DNA from: Burkholderiales bacterium
GTDB taxonomy: Bacteria > Pseudomonadota > Gammaproteobacteria > Burkholderiales > SG8-41
Reading direction: 5' to 3'
DNA: 64,000 nt
Assembly: GCA_019751125.1 (NCBI GenBank)
Contig: JAIENU010000083.1
Span: forward strand, 12,621 to 76,620
The notes beneath the pieces were generated by a model. It was not told where the DNA came from. It saw only the letters and a program-made list of their open reading frames with translations, and did no database searches. The position numbers and the translations under genes were made by a program. Below are positions 8,940-18,249 of this stretch, piece after piece; the first letter of the stretch is position 1, and each line of letters starts with the position of its first letter.

Positions 8940-10169
8940 ATGAGTGAGCCGCAGCAGATCGGCCGCTACAACGTCGTTGGTGAAATCGGCCGCGGCGCGA
9001 TGGGTGTGGTCTACCGCGCCATCGACCCGATGCTCGAGCGCACGGTCGCGATCAAGACCATCAACATGGCGCTTGATCCGGGCGAAATGGAGCATTACGA
9101 AAAGCGCTTCATGATCGAGGCGCGCGCCGCCGGCGGGCTGAACCACCCGAACATCGTCACCATCCACGACATCGGCCGCAGCGGCGACCTCGCCTACATG
9201 GCGATGGAGTTTCTCGAGGGCCGCGAGCTGAAGTCGCTGATCGCCGGCGGCGAAGTGACGCCGGACCGCGCGCTCGAGATTGCGGCGCAGGTCGCCGACG
9301 GGCTCGCCTACGCCCACCGCCACGAGGTTGTCCACCGCGACATCAAGCCGGCCAACATCATGATCCTCGGTGACGGCCGGGTGAAAATCACCGACTTCGG
9401 CATCGCGCGCATGCGCAGCGCCGACGTGCGCACCCAGACCGGCGTGGTCCTCGGCTCACCGCGCTACCTGTCGCCGGAACAGGTGCTGGGCAAACGCTGC
9501 GATACCCGTGCCGACACCTTCTCGCTGGGCGTCATCCTCTACGAAATGCTCACCGGCCAGGCGCCGTTCAACGGCGTCGACGTCAATTCGCTGATGTACC
9601 AGATCGTCAATTTCACGCCGCCGCCACCGAGTTCGGTCAATCCGGCGCTGCCGCCGATGATCGACCTGATCATCGCCAAGGCCCTCGCCAAGTCGGCCGA
9701 CGGGCGTTACGCCGATATCGCTGAACTGGCCGCCGACCTGCGCCATTGCCGGCTGGCCGGCGTGCCGGCAGCCAAAGCACCGGCGGCAACCGACAAGCCG
9801 CACATGACCGCGACGGCTGCGCCGGATCCTTTCGCCGACACGCTGCCGGCCTCGCGCAGCGACGACGATGCCCGCACCATTCCCAACGAATTGCCGGCAC
9901 GCGGACTCGCCAAGGATTTCGATTCGACGGTGGCAACAATGCGGCTCGCCGCGCAGACCGGCGCGATCACCGATCCCGATGCCTTTGCCAAAACCCTGGG
10001 CATCAGCCGCCACGCCATCGATGCCCTGATCGTCGAAGCGGACACCGTGCCGATCACCCCGAAACCCGCCGTCAGCCAGGCCGCACCGTGGTCTACGCTG
10101 GACCGCCGCATTTTTGCCATCGCCACGGCCGCCGCCTTTGCCGCCGGCGCGGTCATCGTTTTTATCTGA
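8940..10169 (+). CDS. Hanks-type Ser/Thr protein kinase, C-terminally tail-anchored
   Basis: The ATP-binding loop and lysine are 'GEIGRGAMGVVY' and 'VAIK'. The catalytic loop is 'HRDIKPANIMI', the DFG motif 'ITDFGIA', and the APE-like motif 'YLSPEQ'. A single TM helix sits at the extreme C-terminus ('IFAIATAAAFAAGAVIVFI'), leaving no extracytoplasmic domain. Confidence 0.9.
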   Translation: MSEPQQIGRYNVVGEIGRGAMGVVYRAIDPMLERTVAIKTINMALDPGEMEHYEKRFMIEARAAGGLNHPNIVTIHDIGRSGDLAYMAMEFLEGRELKSLIAGGEVTPDRALEIAAQVADGLAYAHRHEVVHRDIKPANIMILGDGRVKITDFGIARMRSADVRTQTGVVLGSPRYLSPEQVLGKRCDTRADTFSLGVILYEMLTGQAPFNGVDVNSLMYQIVNFTPPPPSSVNPALPPMIDLIIAKALAKSADGRYADIAELAADLRHCRLAGVPAAKAPAATDKPHMTATAAPDPFADTLPASRSDDDARTIPNELPARGLAKDFDSTVATMRLAAQTGAITDPDAFAKTLGISRHAIDALIVEADTVPITPKPAVSQAAPWSTLDRRIFAIATAAAFAAGAVIVFI

Positions 10170-10190
10170 AGACAAGCCCGGAAACACATC

Positions 10191-11300
10191 ATGCGCATCA
10201 CCGGTATTGAAGCCATCGCCATCGACATCCCGCTCGAGAAAAATTTCGGCGGCTCCACGTACAGCGTGCTCAAGCGTTCCACAGTGATCACCCGGCTGCG
10301 CACCGCCGACGGACTGGTGAGCGAGGTCTACAACGGCGACAACCGTGCCCACGGGCTCGAAATCGCGCGCCTGGTGAATGAAGATTTATTCAATAAAATC
10401 AATGGCTTATCAATATTCGAGCGGGAGCTGGCGTGGGAGCGCATGTTTGCCCTGACGCACACCTATGGCGACCGCAAGCTGCTGCTTGAAGCCATCGCCT
10501 GCGTCGACTGCGCGATCTGGGACCTGACCGGCAAGGCGCTGGGCAAATCGGTGCGCGAGCTGCTCGGTGGTTACCGCGACCGGCTGCCGATCATTTCGAT
10601 CGGCGGCTATTACATGCCGGGCAAGACCCTCGCAGACATCGGCCGCGAAATGGAGTCGTACCGCAAAGCCGGCATGGCCGGCGCCAAATTCAAGGTCGGC
10701 GGCCTTTCGCCGGAAGAAGATGCGCAGCGTGTCGCCGCCGCGCGCAAGGCCGCGGGTGACGATTTCATTCTCTGCGTCGATGCCAACCGCGGCTGGAAGG
10801 CGGCGGATGCGATCCGCTTCGCCAGGCTGGTCGAGCCCTGCAACATCCGCTGGTTCGAGGAGCCCTGCCACTGGTATGACGACGCGGCGCAGATGGCACG
10901 GGTGCGCCAGGCGATCCCGATGCCGGTCACCGCAGGCCAGTGTGAAATCACCAGCCATGCAATCCGCCGCCTGGTCGATGCCGGTGCGGTGGACCTGGTG
11001 AATTACGACGCCTCGGAAGGCGGTGGTGTCACCGACTGGCTGCGTGCCGCAGGTCTCTGTGCCGCAGCAGGCCTCGACATGGCCCACCATGAAGAGGCGC
11101 AGATTGCCAGCCACCTGCTCGCCGCGGTGCCGCACGGCACCTATGCCGAATGTTTTGCGGATCCGCAGCGCGACCCGGTGTGGCAGCACATGTGGGTGAA
11201 CCGCCCGCAGATCAAGGACGGCATCATGGCCGTGGCCAATGGCCCCGGTTTCGGCATTGAGCTGGATCAGGACATGGTGCGCCGCTACCGTTCAAACTGA
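10191..11300 (+). CDS. Enolase-superfamily enzyme (mandelate racemase / muconate lactonizing enzyme family)
   Basis: 369 aa. The layout is a capping domain followed by a TIM barrel, with metal-ligand regions 'ILCVDANRGW', 'RWFEEP' and 'NYDASEGGG'. Substrate is unknown. Confidence 0.8.
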   Translation: MRITGIEAIAIDIPLEKNFGGSTYSVLKRSTVITRLRTADGLVSEVYNGDNRAHGLEIARLVNEDLFNKINGLSIFERELAWERMFALTHTYGDRKLLLEAIACVDCAIWDLTGKALGKSVRELLGGYRDRLPIISIGGYYMPGKTLADIGREMESYRKAGMAGAKFKVGGLSPEEDAQRVAAARKAAGDDFILCVDANRGWKAADAIRFARLVEPCNIRWFEEPCHWYDDAAQMARVRQAIPMPVTAGQCEITSHAIRRLVDAGAVDLVNYDASEGGGVTDWLRAAGLCAAAGLDMAHHEEAQIASHLLAAVPHGTYAECFADPQRDPVWQHMWVNRPQIKDGIMAVANGPGFGIELDQDMVRRYRSN

Positions 11301-11335
11301 TCCGCCAGCACCGCTCGCACACCCACTTCCTTCCG

Positions 11336-12985
11336 ATGGCCCGCCTGCCCTTCACTCCGCCTGCCTTTCGCCCCCGGCTGCTCGAGGTCATCGGCGACTA
11401 CAACGCCGCGCGGCTGCGCACCGATGTGCTGGCAGGCATCACCGTGGGCATCCTCGCGCTGCCGCTGGCGATTGCATTTGCGATTGCCTCAGGCATGACC
11501 CCGGAGTCCGGCATCTACACGGCGATCATTGCCGGCTTCATCGTTTCCGCGCTGGGCGGCTCACGCGTGCAGATCGGCGGCCCCACCGGCGCCTTCATCG
11601 TGATTGTCTACGGCATCGTGGTCAATTATGGGGTCGCCAATCTGCTGATCTGTACTCTGATGGCCGGTGTGATGCTGCTGGCGATGGGGCTGCTGCGCAT
11701 GGGCACCTGGATCCGTTTCATCCCGGTTTCGGTGATCAGCGGCTTCACCAAGGGCATCGCGGTGCTGATCCTGCTGTCCCAGCTCAGGGATTTTCTCGGA
11801 CTGACCACGGGCAAGCTGCCGGCGGAATTTTTCCCGCAGATTGTCGTGCTGTGGAATGCGCTGGACACGGTGAACTGGGCCACCGTGGGCCTGAGCACCG
11901 CCTGCCTGCTGCTGATCCTCGCCTGGCCGAAACGCTGGAGCCTGATACCCAGCCCGATCGTCGCCTTGGTATTCGGCACCGCGGCTGTCGCGCTGCTCCA
12001 TCTGCCGGTCGAAACCATCGGCAGCAAGTTCGGCGGCATTCCGCAGTCACTGCCCGGATTCGCATTCCCGGCGCTGTCGGTGGAAACCATACGCCACCTC
12101 ATCCCGCCAGCCATTGCCATCGCGCTGCTCGGCGCCATCGAATCTCTGCTCTCGGCCACTGTCGCCGACAACATGATCGATGACCGCCACAACCCCAACC
12201 AGGAGCTGATGGCCCAGGGCATCGCGAATATCGTCGCGCCGCTGTTCGGCGGCTTCTGCGCGACCGGCGCCATTGCCCGCACCAGCACCAATGTGCGCAT
12301 GGGTGCCTACGGCCCGGTCTCCGGCATGGTGCATGCGCTGACGCTGCTCGCGGTGATTCTGGTCGCCGCGCCGCTGGCGACACACGTGCCGCTCGCCGCG
12401 TTGTCGGCAATCCTGGTGGTGGTGGCCTGGAACATGGGTGAATGGTCGGACTTCAGGACAATGCGCCGCTACACCATGAATTACCGCGCGATCCTGCTCG
12501 CCACCTTCGTGCTCACGGTGGTGTTTGACCTGACGGTCGCCGTTGAAGTCGGCATGGTGATGGCGGCGCTGTTCTTCATCACCCGCATCACCTCGCTGAC
12601 CGATGTCATCGACGGCGGGCCGGATCCGGTGGCCGGCGACCGGGTGCGCTGCTACGAAATGTGCGGCTCGCTGTTCTTTGCCTCGGTCAACAAGGTCGAA
12701 CCGCTGCTTGCACGAGCCAATCCGCAGGATCCCTGCCGCGTGCTGGTGCTCGACCTGCAGAAAATCATCAACGTCGACACCACCGGGCTCGACATCCTCG
12801 AGACCCTGCACCGCAAGCTCGAAAAAAACGGCAAGACCCTGCTGATCACCGCTGCCGGCGATCAGCCGATGTCGCTGTTCCGGCGCTCGGGTTTTGCCGC
12901 GCGGCTGGGCGCGGAGCGGCTGCTGGCGCAGCGCGCCGAAGGCATCGCGCGGGCCCGCGACCTCGCAGGCGCCGCACCGCACTGA
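11336..12985 (+). CDS. SulP-family anion (sulfate/bicarbonate-type) permease with C-terminal STAS domain
   Basis: About 11 hydrophobic segments. SulP signatures include 'DVLAGITVGILALPLAIAFAIASG' and 'QELMAQGIANIVAPLFGGFCATGAIARTS'. The C-terminal STAS-like region is 'RCYEMCGSLFFASVNKV...LVLDLQKIINVDTTGL'. Confidence 0.9.
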   Translation: MARLPFTPPAFRPRLLEVIGDYNAARLRTDVLAGITVGILALPLAIAFAIASGMTPESGIYTAIIAGFIVSALGGSRVQIGGPTGAFIVIVYGIVVNYGVANLLICTLMAGVMLLAMGLLRMGTWIRFIPVSVISGFTKGIAVLILLSQLRDFLGLTTGKLPAEFFPQIVVLWNALDTVNWATVGLSTACLLLILAWPKRWSLIPSPIVALVFGTAAVALLHLPVETIGSKFGGIPQSLPGFAFPALSVETIRHLIPPAIAIALLGAIESLLSATVADNMIDDRHNPNQELMAQGIANIVAPLFGGFCATGAIARTSTNVRMGAYGPVSGMVHALTLLAVILVAAPLATHVPLAALSAILVVVAWNMGEWSDFRTMRRYTMNYRAILLATFVLTVVFDLTVAVEVGMVMAALFFITRITSLTDVIDGGPDPVAGDRVRCYEMCGSLFFASVNKVEPLLARANPQDPCRVLVLDLQKIINVDTTGLDILETLHRKLEKNGKTLLITAAGDQPMSLFRRSGFAARLGAERLLAQRAEGIARARDLAGAAPH

Positions 12986-13441
12986 TCAGGGGCGCAAATA
13001 CGCGTATCCCTCGCGCTGCTGCAGGCGCGTGATCTCGGCCACACCGGAAGGCACGAAGGAAGCCTCGGGTATGAACTGGCTGCGATCGAGCTTGCGGTTG
13101 CGCAGCGTGATCTGGCAGACGTCGAACTGCACGCCCTGCCCCTTCAGCTGCTCGACCGCGATGTTGTAGGGATTGCCGTTGGCATCCTTCGAGCCGTCCA
13201 TCAGGAAATCCACGCCCTGGGCATGCGTCACCACGACGATCTTCGCCTTCGGATTGACTTCGAGATGGTTGCCGATGTTACGCAAGGCGTTGACAGCCTG
13301 CGCCCTGGTGTCATTGACGTGGTAGACCACCTTGTCCTGTGCCACGTTGGGATCACCGCCGGTGGTGGCGCAACCGCTGGCCAGAACCGCCATGGCGCAC
13401 AACAACAGCAGGCCTGGTTTGGCCATGATCGATTTACCCAT
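12986..13441 (-). CDS. DsrE/DsrF-like family lipoprotein
   Basis: The lipobox is 'VLASGC'. The core 'KVVYHVNDTRAQAVNALRNIGNHLEV..KIVVVTHAQGVDFLM...QGVQFDVCQITL' resembles DsrE-family proteins. This is a family-level call made by eye only. Confidence 0.55.
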   Translation of the reverse strand: MGKSIMAKPGLLLLCAMAVLASGCATTGGDPNVAQDKVVYHVNDTRAQAVNALRNIGNHLEVNPKAKIVVVTHAQGVDFLMDGSKDANGNPYNIAVEQLKGQGVQFDVCQITLRNRKLDRSQFIPEASFVPSGVAEITRLQQREGYAYLRP

Positions 13442-13538
13442 AAACTCCTCCGATCAGAAAATTGCAAACGAAATCGCAAACTACAGGGCAGCCTACTCCG
13501 CAGCCACTGCACCCGCAACCGCAAGGACACCGTCAACC

Positions 13539-13820
13539 ATGAGTGATGTCATCACCCGCCATCTCGCAATACGCGGTCGTGTACAGGCCGTCGGCTACCG
13601 CAACTACATCGAATACAAGGCATCGGTGCTCGGCGTTGGCGGCTGGGTGCGCAACCGGCTGGACGGCAGCGTCGAGGCGCTGGTCTGCGGCACACCGCAG
13701 GCGGTGACGGAAATGATCGAGTGCGCGAAACGCGGCCCGCGGGCCTCGGTGGTTGAACAGGTCGAGGTCAGCGAAAGCACGGAAATCCACACAAGCTTCA
13801 GCCGGCTGCCGACGGCCTGA
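13539..13820 (+). CDS. acyP: Acylphosphatase
   Basis: 93 aa. The signatures are 'IRGRVQAVGYRNY' and 'GWVRNRLDGSVEALVCG'. The start was trimmed to ATG 13539; the longer track ORF from 13332 overlaps the neighbouring gene. Confidence 0.85.
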   Translation: MSDVITRHLAIRGRVQAVGYRNYIEYKASVLGVGGWVRNRLDGSVEALVCGTPQAVTEMIECAKRGPRASVVEQVEVSESTEIHTSFSRLPTA

Positions 13821-13835
13821 CGCCTTTGCCAAACG

Positions 13836-14528
13836 CTATTTACGGGCAGCGCCCTTGCCCTGGTGGATGGCCGCGGCACGCGCGGCATAACGCTCGGCTT
13901 CGGACTTGCGGCCCAGCTCGACCAGCACCTGCGCCAGGTTGTTCAGCGTGTGCGCAGTGCTCGGGCTGTCGGGACCGAGGGTTTTTTCCTTGATCGCCAG
14001 CGAGCGCCGCAGCACCGGTTCGGCATCGGCAAACCGGCCCTGGGCCTGCAGCACGGTGCCGAGGTTGTTCAGGCTCGCCGCTGTTTTCGGATCATCGCCG
14101 TAGGCTTTTTCAAAAATGGCCAGCACGCGGCGGTGCAGCTTCTCGGCTTCGGCATAATTCCTCTGCGCCTGCACCACATCGGCGACGTTGTTGAGCAGCA
14201 CACCCACCGCCGGGTCACGCGGCCCCAGCGACTTCTCGCGCAGCGCCAGTGCGCGGCGCAATTCCTTCTCCGCCTCCGGGAAACGCTGCGCAAATCGCAG
14301 CACCAGGCCGAGGGTGGCGATGCTCTGGTCGGTGGCGCGGTGGCTGCGGCCAAAGCTGCGCTCGGCTTCGGCGATGGCCTCGCGCGCAAACATCTCGGCC
14401 TGGTCGAGGCTGCCGCGCTGCAGGTGCATGTTCGCCTGCTCGCTCAACATGCGCCATTCGAGCTCGCCGGCCACGGCAGTGGATGCCAGCAGCGCAAGCA
14501 AGGCCAGCAGGCTGCGCAGCTTAATCAT
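13836..14528 (-). CDS. Secreted tetratricopeptide-repeat (TPR_10/12, kinesin-light-chain-like) protein
   Basis: The signal peptide is 'LLALLALLASTAVAGE'. Repeated 42-aa units follow the pattern 'AE.L.RR.LAI.EK.LG.D.P..A..LNNLA.VL..QG.'. Confidence 0.75.
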   Translation of the reverse strand: MIKLRSLLALLALLASTAVAGELEWRMLSEQANMHLQRGSLDQAEMFAREAIAEAERSFGRSHRATDQSIATLGLVLRFAQRFPEAEKELRRALALREKSLGPRDPAVGVLLNNVADVVQAQRNYAEAEKLHRRVLAIFEKAYGDDPKTAASLNNLGTVLQAQGRFADAEPVLRRSLAIKEKTLGPDSPSTAHTLNNLAQVLVELGRKSEAERYAARAAAIHQGKGAARK

Positions 14529-17500
14529 TGGCCATGGCCTCTCCAGCCTGGCTGCCGTAAAGGACGTTGACGTTTTCAGGGCGCAGCCAGTCGGACAGCG
14601 AACGGATCAGCTCTTCGTTGATGTTGACCTGCCAGGCCGGCCCGAGCTTGACCTCGCAGCGCGCGCCGTTGCTGGAATATTCGATCGCCACCGGACAATG
14701 GCCCTGGCGGTGCGGTGCCAGCAGCTCCTTCAGCTTGGCACCGGAAGACTGGCCGTTGCAGGTGAGGCGAATGCCGCGGGCGTAGCGGTTGCGCGCCTCG
14801 TTGAGGTCGAGCACGTTCAGCGCCTCCAGCCGCAGTGAATTGTCGGCGGCGCCGTTGCTTCCGCCGTTTTCACCCTCACCCTCGGGGCCGCGGTAACGCA
14901 TCCGGCCGCGCACTTCGATCACCAGCAGCTCGTCCTCGCGCAGCTTGTGGCGGAACCGGTCAAAGGCTTCGCGATAGACCACGATCTCGTGCTTGCCGGT
15001 GTCATCGGACAGCAGCACGATGCCCATGCGGCCGCTGGCGGTGTTCTGCACCCGCACCGACAGCACCACGCCGGCGACAGTCACCGAACGTCCGGCAATG
15101 TCGCTGGCGGTTTGCAGCTCGCCAAGCTTGCGCCCGACCATGCGCCGCACTTCGTCGCGGTAGACATTGAACAGGTGGTCGCTGCGGTAGTAACCCAGCG
15201 CCATCTTTTCGTTCTGCAGCAATTCTTTCTTGCTCCAGCGCGGGACATTGGTCGGCGCCACCACGCGCGGCGCATCCACCGCGTCGCCGAACAGGCTGAC
15301 CTGGGAGGCGGCGCGGCTCGCCTGCTCCGCCGATTCCAGCGCGAGGCCGACGCAGGCCATCAGCTCGGCGCGGTTGTCATTGACGCTGTCGAAGGCGCCG
15401 GCACGCACCAGCGATTCGACGACCCGCCGGTTCACCAGCCGCTTGTCGACGCGGTGGCAGAAGTCGAACAGGTCCTTGAACGGGCCGCCGGCCTCGCGCA
15501 CCTCGACAATGTGGTTGATCGCGCCCTCGCCGGTGCCCTTGATGCCGCCCAGCCCGTAACGGATGCGTTTGCGGTCCACCGGCGCGAAACGGTAGCCGCC
15601 GGCGTTGACATCCGGCGCCAGCACCTCGAGTCCGTTCTCGCGCGAGTCTTCGACCAGCTGCTGCACCTTGTCGGTGTCGTTCATCACCGCCGACATGTTG
15701 GCCGCCATGAACGCCGCCGTGTGGTGCGCCTTCATGTAGGCGGTGTGGTAGGCCACCAGCGCATAGGCCGCGGCATGCGACTTGTTGAAGCCGTAGCCGG
15801 CGAATTTTTCCATCAGGTCGAACAATTCGTCGGCCTTGCGCTGGTCGAGCCCGTTTTTCGCCGCACCCTCGCGGAACAGGCCGCGGTGTTCGGCCATTTC
15901 CTCGGGCTTTTTCTTGCCCATCGCGCGGCGCAGCAGGTCGGCGCCGCCGAGGCTGTAGCCGCCGATGATCTGCGCCATCTGCATCACCTGCTCCTGGTAG
16001 ACCATGATGGCGTAGGTCTCGGAGAGGATGCCTTCGACGCGGGGATCGGGATAGCTGAAACGCTTGCCGTGCTTGCGCGCGCAGAATTCCGGAATCAGTT
16101 CCATCGGGCCCGGCCGGTACAGCGCGACCAGCGCAATGATGTCGCCGAAGCGGTCGGGCTTGGCGCTTTTCAGCATGTCGCGCATGCCGCGCGATTCAAA
16201 CTGGAACACCGCCGAGGTGTTGGCGCGGGCAAATATGTCGTAGGCCGCCTTGTCATCCAGCGGCAGGTTCTCAAGGCGGATGTCGGAGGACGGGTCGAGC
16301 TGGCGGATGTATTTCAGCGTCCAGTCGAGGATGGTCAGCGTGGTCAGGCCGAGGAAGTCGAACTTTACGAGGCCGATCGATTCGACGTCGTCCTTGTCGA
16401 ACTGGCTGACCGCGGAGTCCGAACCGTCGGCGACATACAGCGGGCAGAAGTCGGTGAGCTTGCCCGGCGCGATCAGCACGCCGCCGGCATGCATGCCGAC
16501 ATTGCGCGTCATGCCTTCCAGCGTGCCCGCAAGCTCGAGCAGCTCGGCGACCTCCTCCTCGTTTTTCTCGCGCTCGGCGAGTTGCGGCTCCATCCTGCGC
16601 GCCTCTTCCAGCGTGATCAGCTTGCCGGGCTGGAAGGGAATCAGCTTGGCGAGCTGGTCGCAGAAGTTGTAACCGAGGTCGAGCACGCGGCCGACGTCGC
16701 GCACCACCGCCTTCGCCGCCATGGTGCCGAAGGTGGCGATCTGCGACACCGAGTCGGCGCCGTAACGCTGCTTCACGTAGTCGATGACGCGGTCACGCCC
16801 GTCCTGGCAGAAGTCGATGTCGAAGTCAGGCATCGACACCCGCTCCGGGTTCAGGAAACGCTCGAACAGCAGGTTGTAACGCAGCGGATCAAGGTCGGTG
16901 ATGCCGAGGCTGTAGGCGACCAGCGAACCGGCGCCGGAGCCGCGGCCCGGCCCCACCGGCACGCCATTGTTCTTCGCCCAGTTGATGAAGTCGGCGACGA
17001 TCAGGAAGTAGCCGGGAAAACCCATCTGCAGGATGGTCTTGATCTCGAACTCGAGCCGCTCGCGGTACGCCGGCTCCTGCTTGCGGCACTCCGCCTCGTC
17101 CGGGTACAGCGCGGCAAGCCGCGCCGACAGCCCTTCACCGGCACGGTCACGCAGATGTTCTTCGAGGCTGACGTTGTCCGGGGTCGGGAAATGCGGCAGC
17201 CGGCTCTTGCCCAGCGTCAGCTGCAGCGAGCAACGCTTGGCGATTTCAATTGTATTTTCAAGCACTTCCGGCACATCAGCGAACAGCGCCTGCATTTCCG
17301 CCTGGGTCTTGAAGTACTGTTCAGTGACGAATTTGCGCGGCCGCCGCTGGTCCGACAGCACATACCCCTCGGAGATGCACACCCGGGCCTCATGGGCGCG
17401 GAAATCATCAGGCTTCAGGAACTGCACCGGATGCGTAGCCACCGCCGGCAGCCCCATGCTCGCCGCGAGCTGCAGCGCCTGCGCCACATGGGTCTCAACC

Positions 17501-18057
17501 GGCACCGAGGCGGCACCGGAAGTCATCGCCTGCGCCCCAAGGCGCTGCACCTCCAGGTAATAACGGCCCGGGAAGCGCTGCGCCCAGGATTCGGCCAGCT
17601 TGCGCGCCGCCTCCTCGTGGCCAGCCACCAGCGACTGGCCGACATCGCCGTGGTGCGCCCCGGACAACGCGATGAGCCCGTCGGTGCCGACCTCGTCCAA
17701 CCAGACACGCTGCACTTCGGCGCGGCCACGGTACTGGTTGGCGCGGTAGGCCCGCGTCAGCAACTCGCAAAGCCGCAGGTAGCCACCATGGTTCTGCGCC
17801 AGCAACAGCGCACGGAAGGGATTGTCGCGGTCGGCCTCGTTGGTGAGCCAGAGGTCGCAGCCGATGACCGGCTTGATCCCCTTGCTGCGGGCCTCCTTGT
17901 AGAACTTGACCATGCCGAAGACGTTCGACAGGTCAGTCAGCGCCAGCGCCGGCATGCCATCGGCCTTCGCGGCCGCCACGGCGTCATCAACGCGCACAAT
18001 GCCGTCAACGATCGAGTATTCGCTGTGCAGACGGAGGTGGACAAACGGCGTGGGCAT
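14521..18057 (-). CDS. dnaE: DNA polymerase III alpha subunit
   Basis: 1178 aa. The PHP domain begins 'FVHLRLHSEYSIVDG'. The polymerase core contains 'GPGRGSGAGSLVAYSLGITDLDP' and 'PDFDIDF'. A C-terminal OB-fold region follows. Confidence 0.97.
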   Translation of the reverse strand: MPTPFVHLRLHSEYSIVDGIVRVDDAVAAAKADGMPALALTDLSNVFGMVKFYKEARSKGIKPVIGCDLWLTNEADRDNPFRALLLAQNHGGYLRLCELLTRAYRANQYRGRAEVQRVWLDEVGTDGLIALSGAHHGDVGQSLVAGHEEAARKLAESWAQRFPGRYYLEVQRLGAQAMTSGAASVPVETHVAQALQLAASMGLPAVATHPVQFLKPDDFRAHEARVCISEGYVLSDQRRPRKFVTEQYFKTQAEMQALFADVPEVLENTIEIAKRCSLQLTLGKSRLPHFPTPDNVSLEEHLRDRAGEGLSARLAALYPDEAECRKQEPAYRERLEFEIKTILQMGFPGYFLIVADFINWAKNNGVPVGPGRGSGAGSLVAYSLGITDLDPLRYNLLFERFLNPERVSMPDFDIDFCQDGRDRVIDYVKQRYGADSVSQIATFGTMAAKAVVRDVGRVLDLGYNFCDQLAKLIPFQPGKLITLEEARRMEPQLAEREKNEEEVAELLELAGTLEGMTRNVGMHAGGVLIAPGKLTDFCPLYVADGSDSAVSQFDKDDVESIGLVKFDFLGLTTLTILDWTLKYIRQLDPSSDIRLENLPLDDKAAYDIFARANTSAVFQFESRGMRDMLKSAKPDRFGDIIALVALYRPGPMELIPEFCARKHGKRFSYPDPRVEGILSETYAIMVYQEQVMQMAQIIGGYSLGGADLLRRAMGKKKPEEMAEHRGLFREGAAKNGLDQRKADELFDLMEKFAGYGFNKSHAAAYALVAYHTAYMKAHHTAAFMAANMSAVMNDTDKVQQLVEDSRENGLEVLAPDVNAGGYRFAPVDRKRIRYGLGGIKGTGEGAINHIVEVREAGGPFKDLFDFCHRVDKRLVNRRVVESLVRAGAFDSVNDNRAELMACVGLALESAEQASRAASQVSLFGDAVDAPRVVAPTNVPRWSKKELLQNEKMALGYYRSDHLFNVYRDEVRRMVGRKLGELQTASDIAGRSVTVAGVVLSVRVQNTASGRMGIVLLSDDTGKHEIVVYREAFDRFRHKLREDELLVIEVRGRMRYRGPEGEGENGGSNGAADNSLRLEALNVLDLNEARNRYARGIRLTCNGQSSGAKLKELLAPHRQGHCPVAIEYSSNGARCEVKLGPAWQVNINEELIRSLSDWLRPENVNVLYGSQAGEAMAND

Positions 18058-18249
18058 GGACAGGTATTTTAAGGCCTCGCAAGCGTCTCCGAACCCTCCA
18101 CCAGACCACGATCACAAGCCCAATAAAATCCGCGACATAGGTCACGCTGCTGCGTACGGTTTGGGCACAGCGCCGCACCACGATGAAGGCAATGCCGCAT
18201 AATCGCGGGCGCTCCACGCACGAACTCCCTATCTCAGAGCCGCCTTCCG

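Noticed and set aside
12983-12988. Convergent SulP and DsrE-like genes share a palindromic TGATCA formed by their two stop codons, with no intergenic space or terminator.
   Set aside because: This is a curiosity of gene packing with no evidence of function. It is also a GATC site, but a single occurrence is uninformative.
14947-18072. A 1041-aa ORF on the plus strand, and many other long ORFs such as 1565-3118 +, 5305-6597 -, 3958-5196 +, 55678-57360 -, 47012-48379 - and 32377-33552 +.
   Set aside because: They lie antisense to, or out of frame with, genes that carry unmistakable family motifs (dnaE, decarboxylase, metG, apbC, nrdJ, tamB, ubiD). Their products are Arg/Ala/Gly/His-rich low-complexity sequences, which is typical of stop-codon-poor alternative frames in high-GC DNA.
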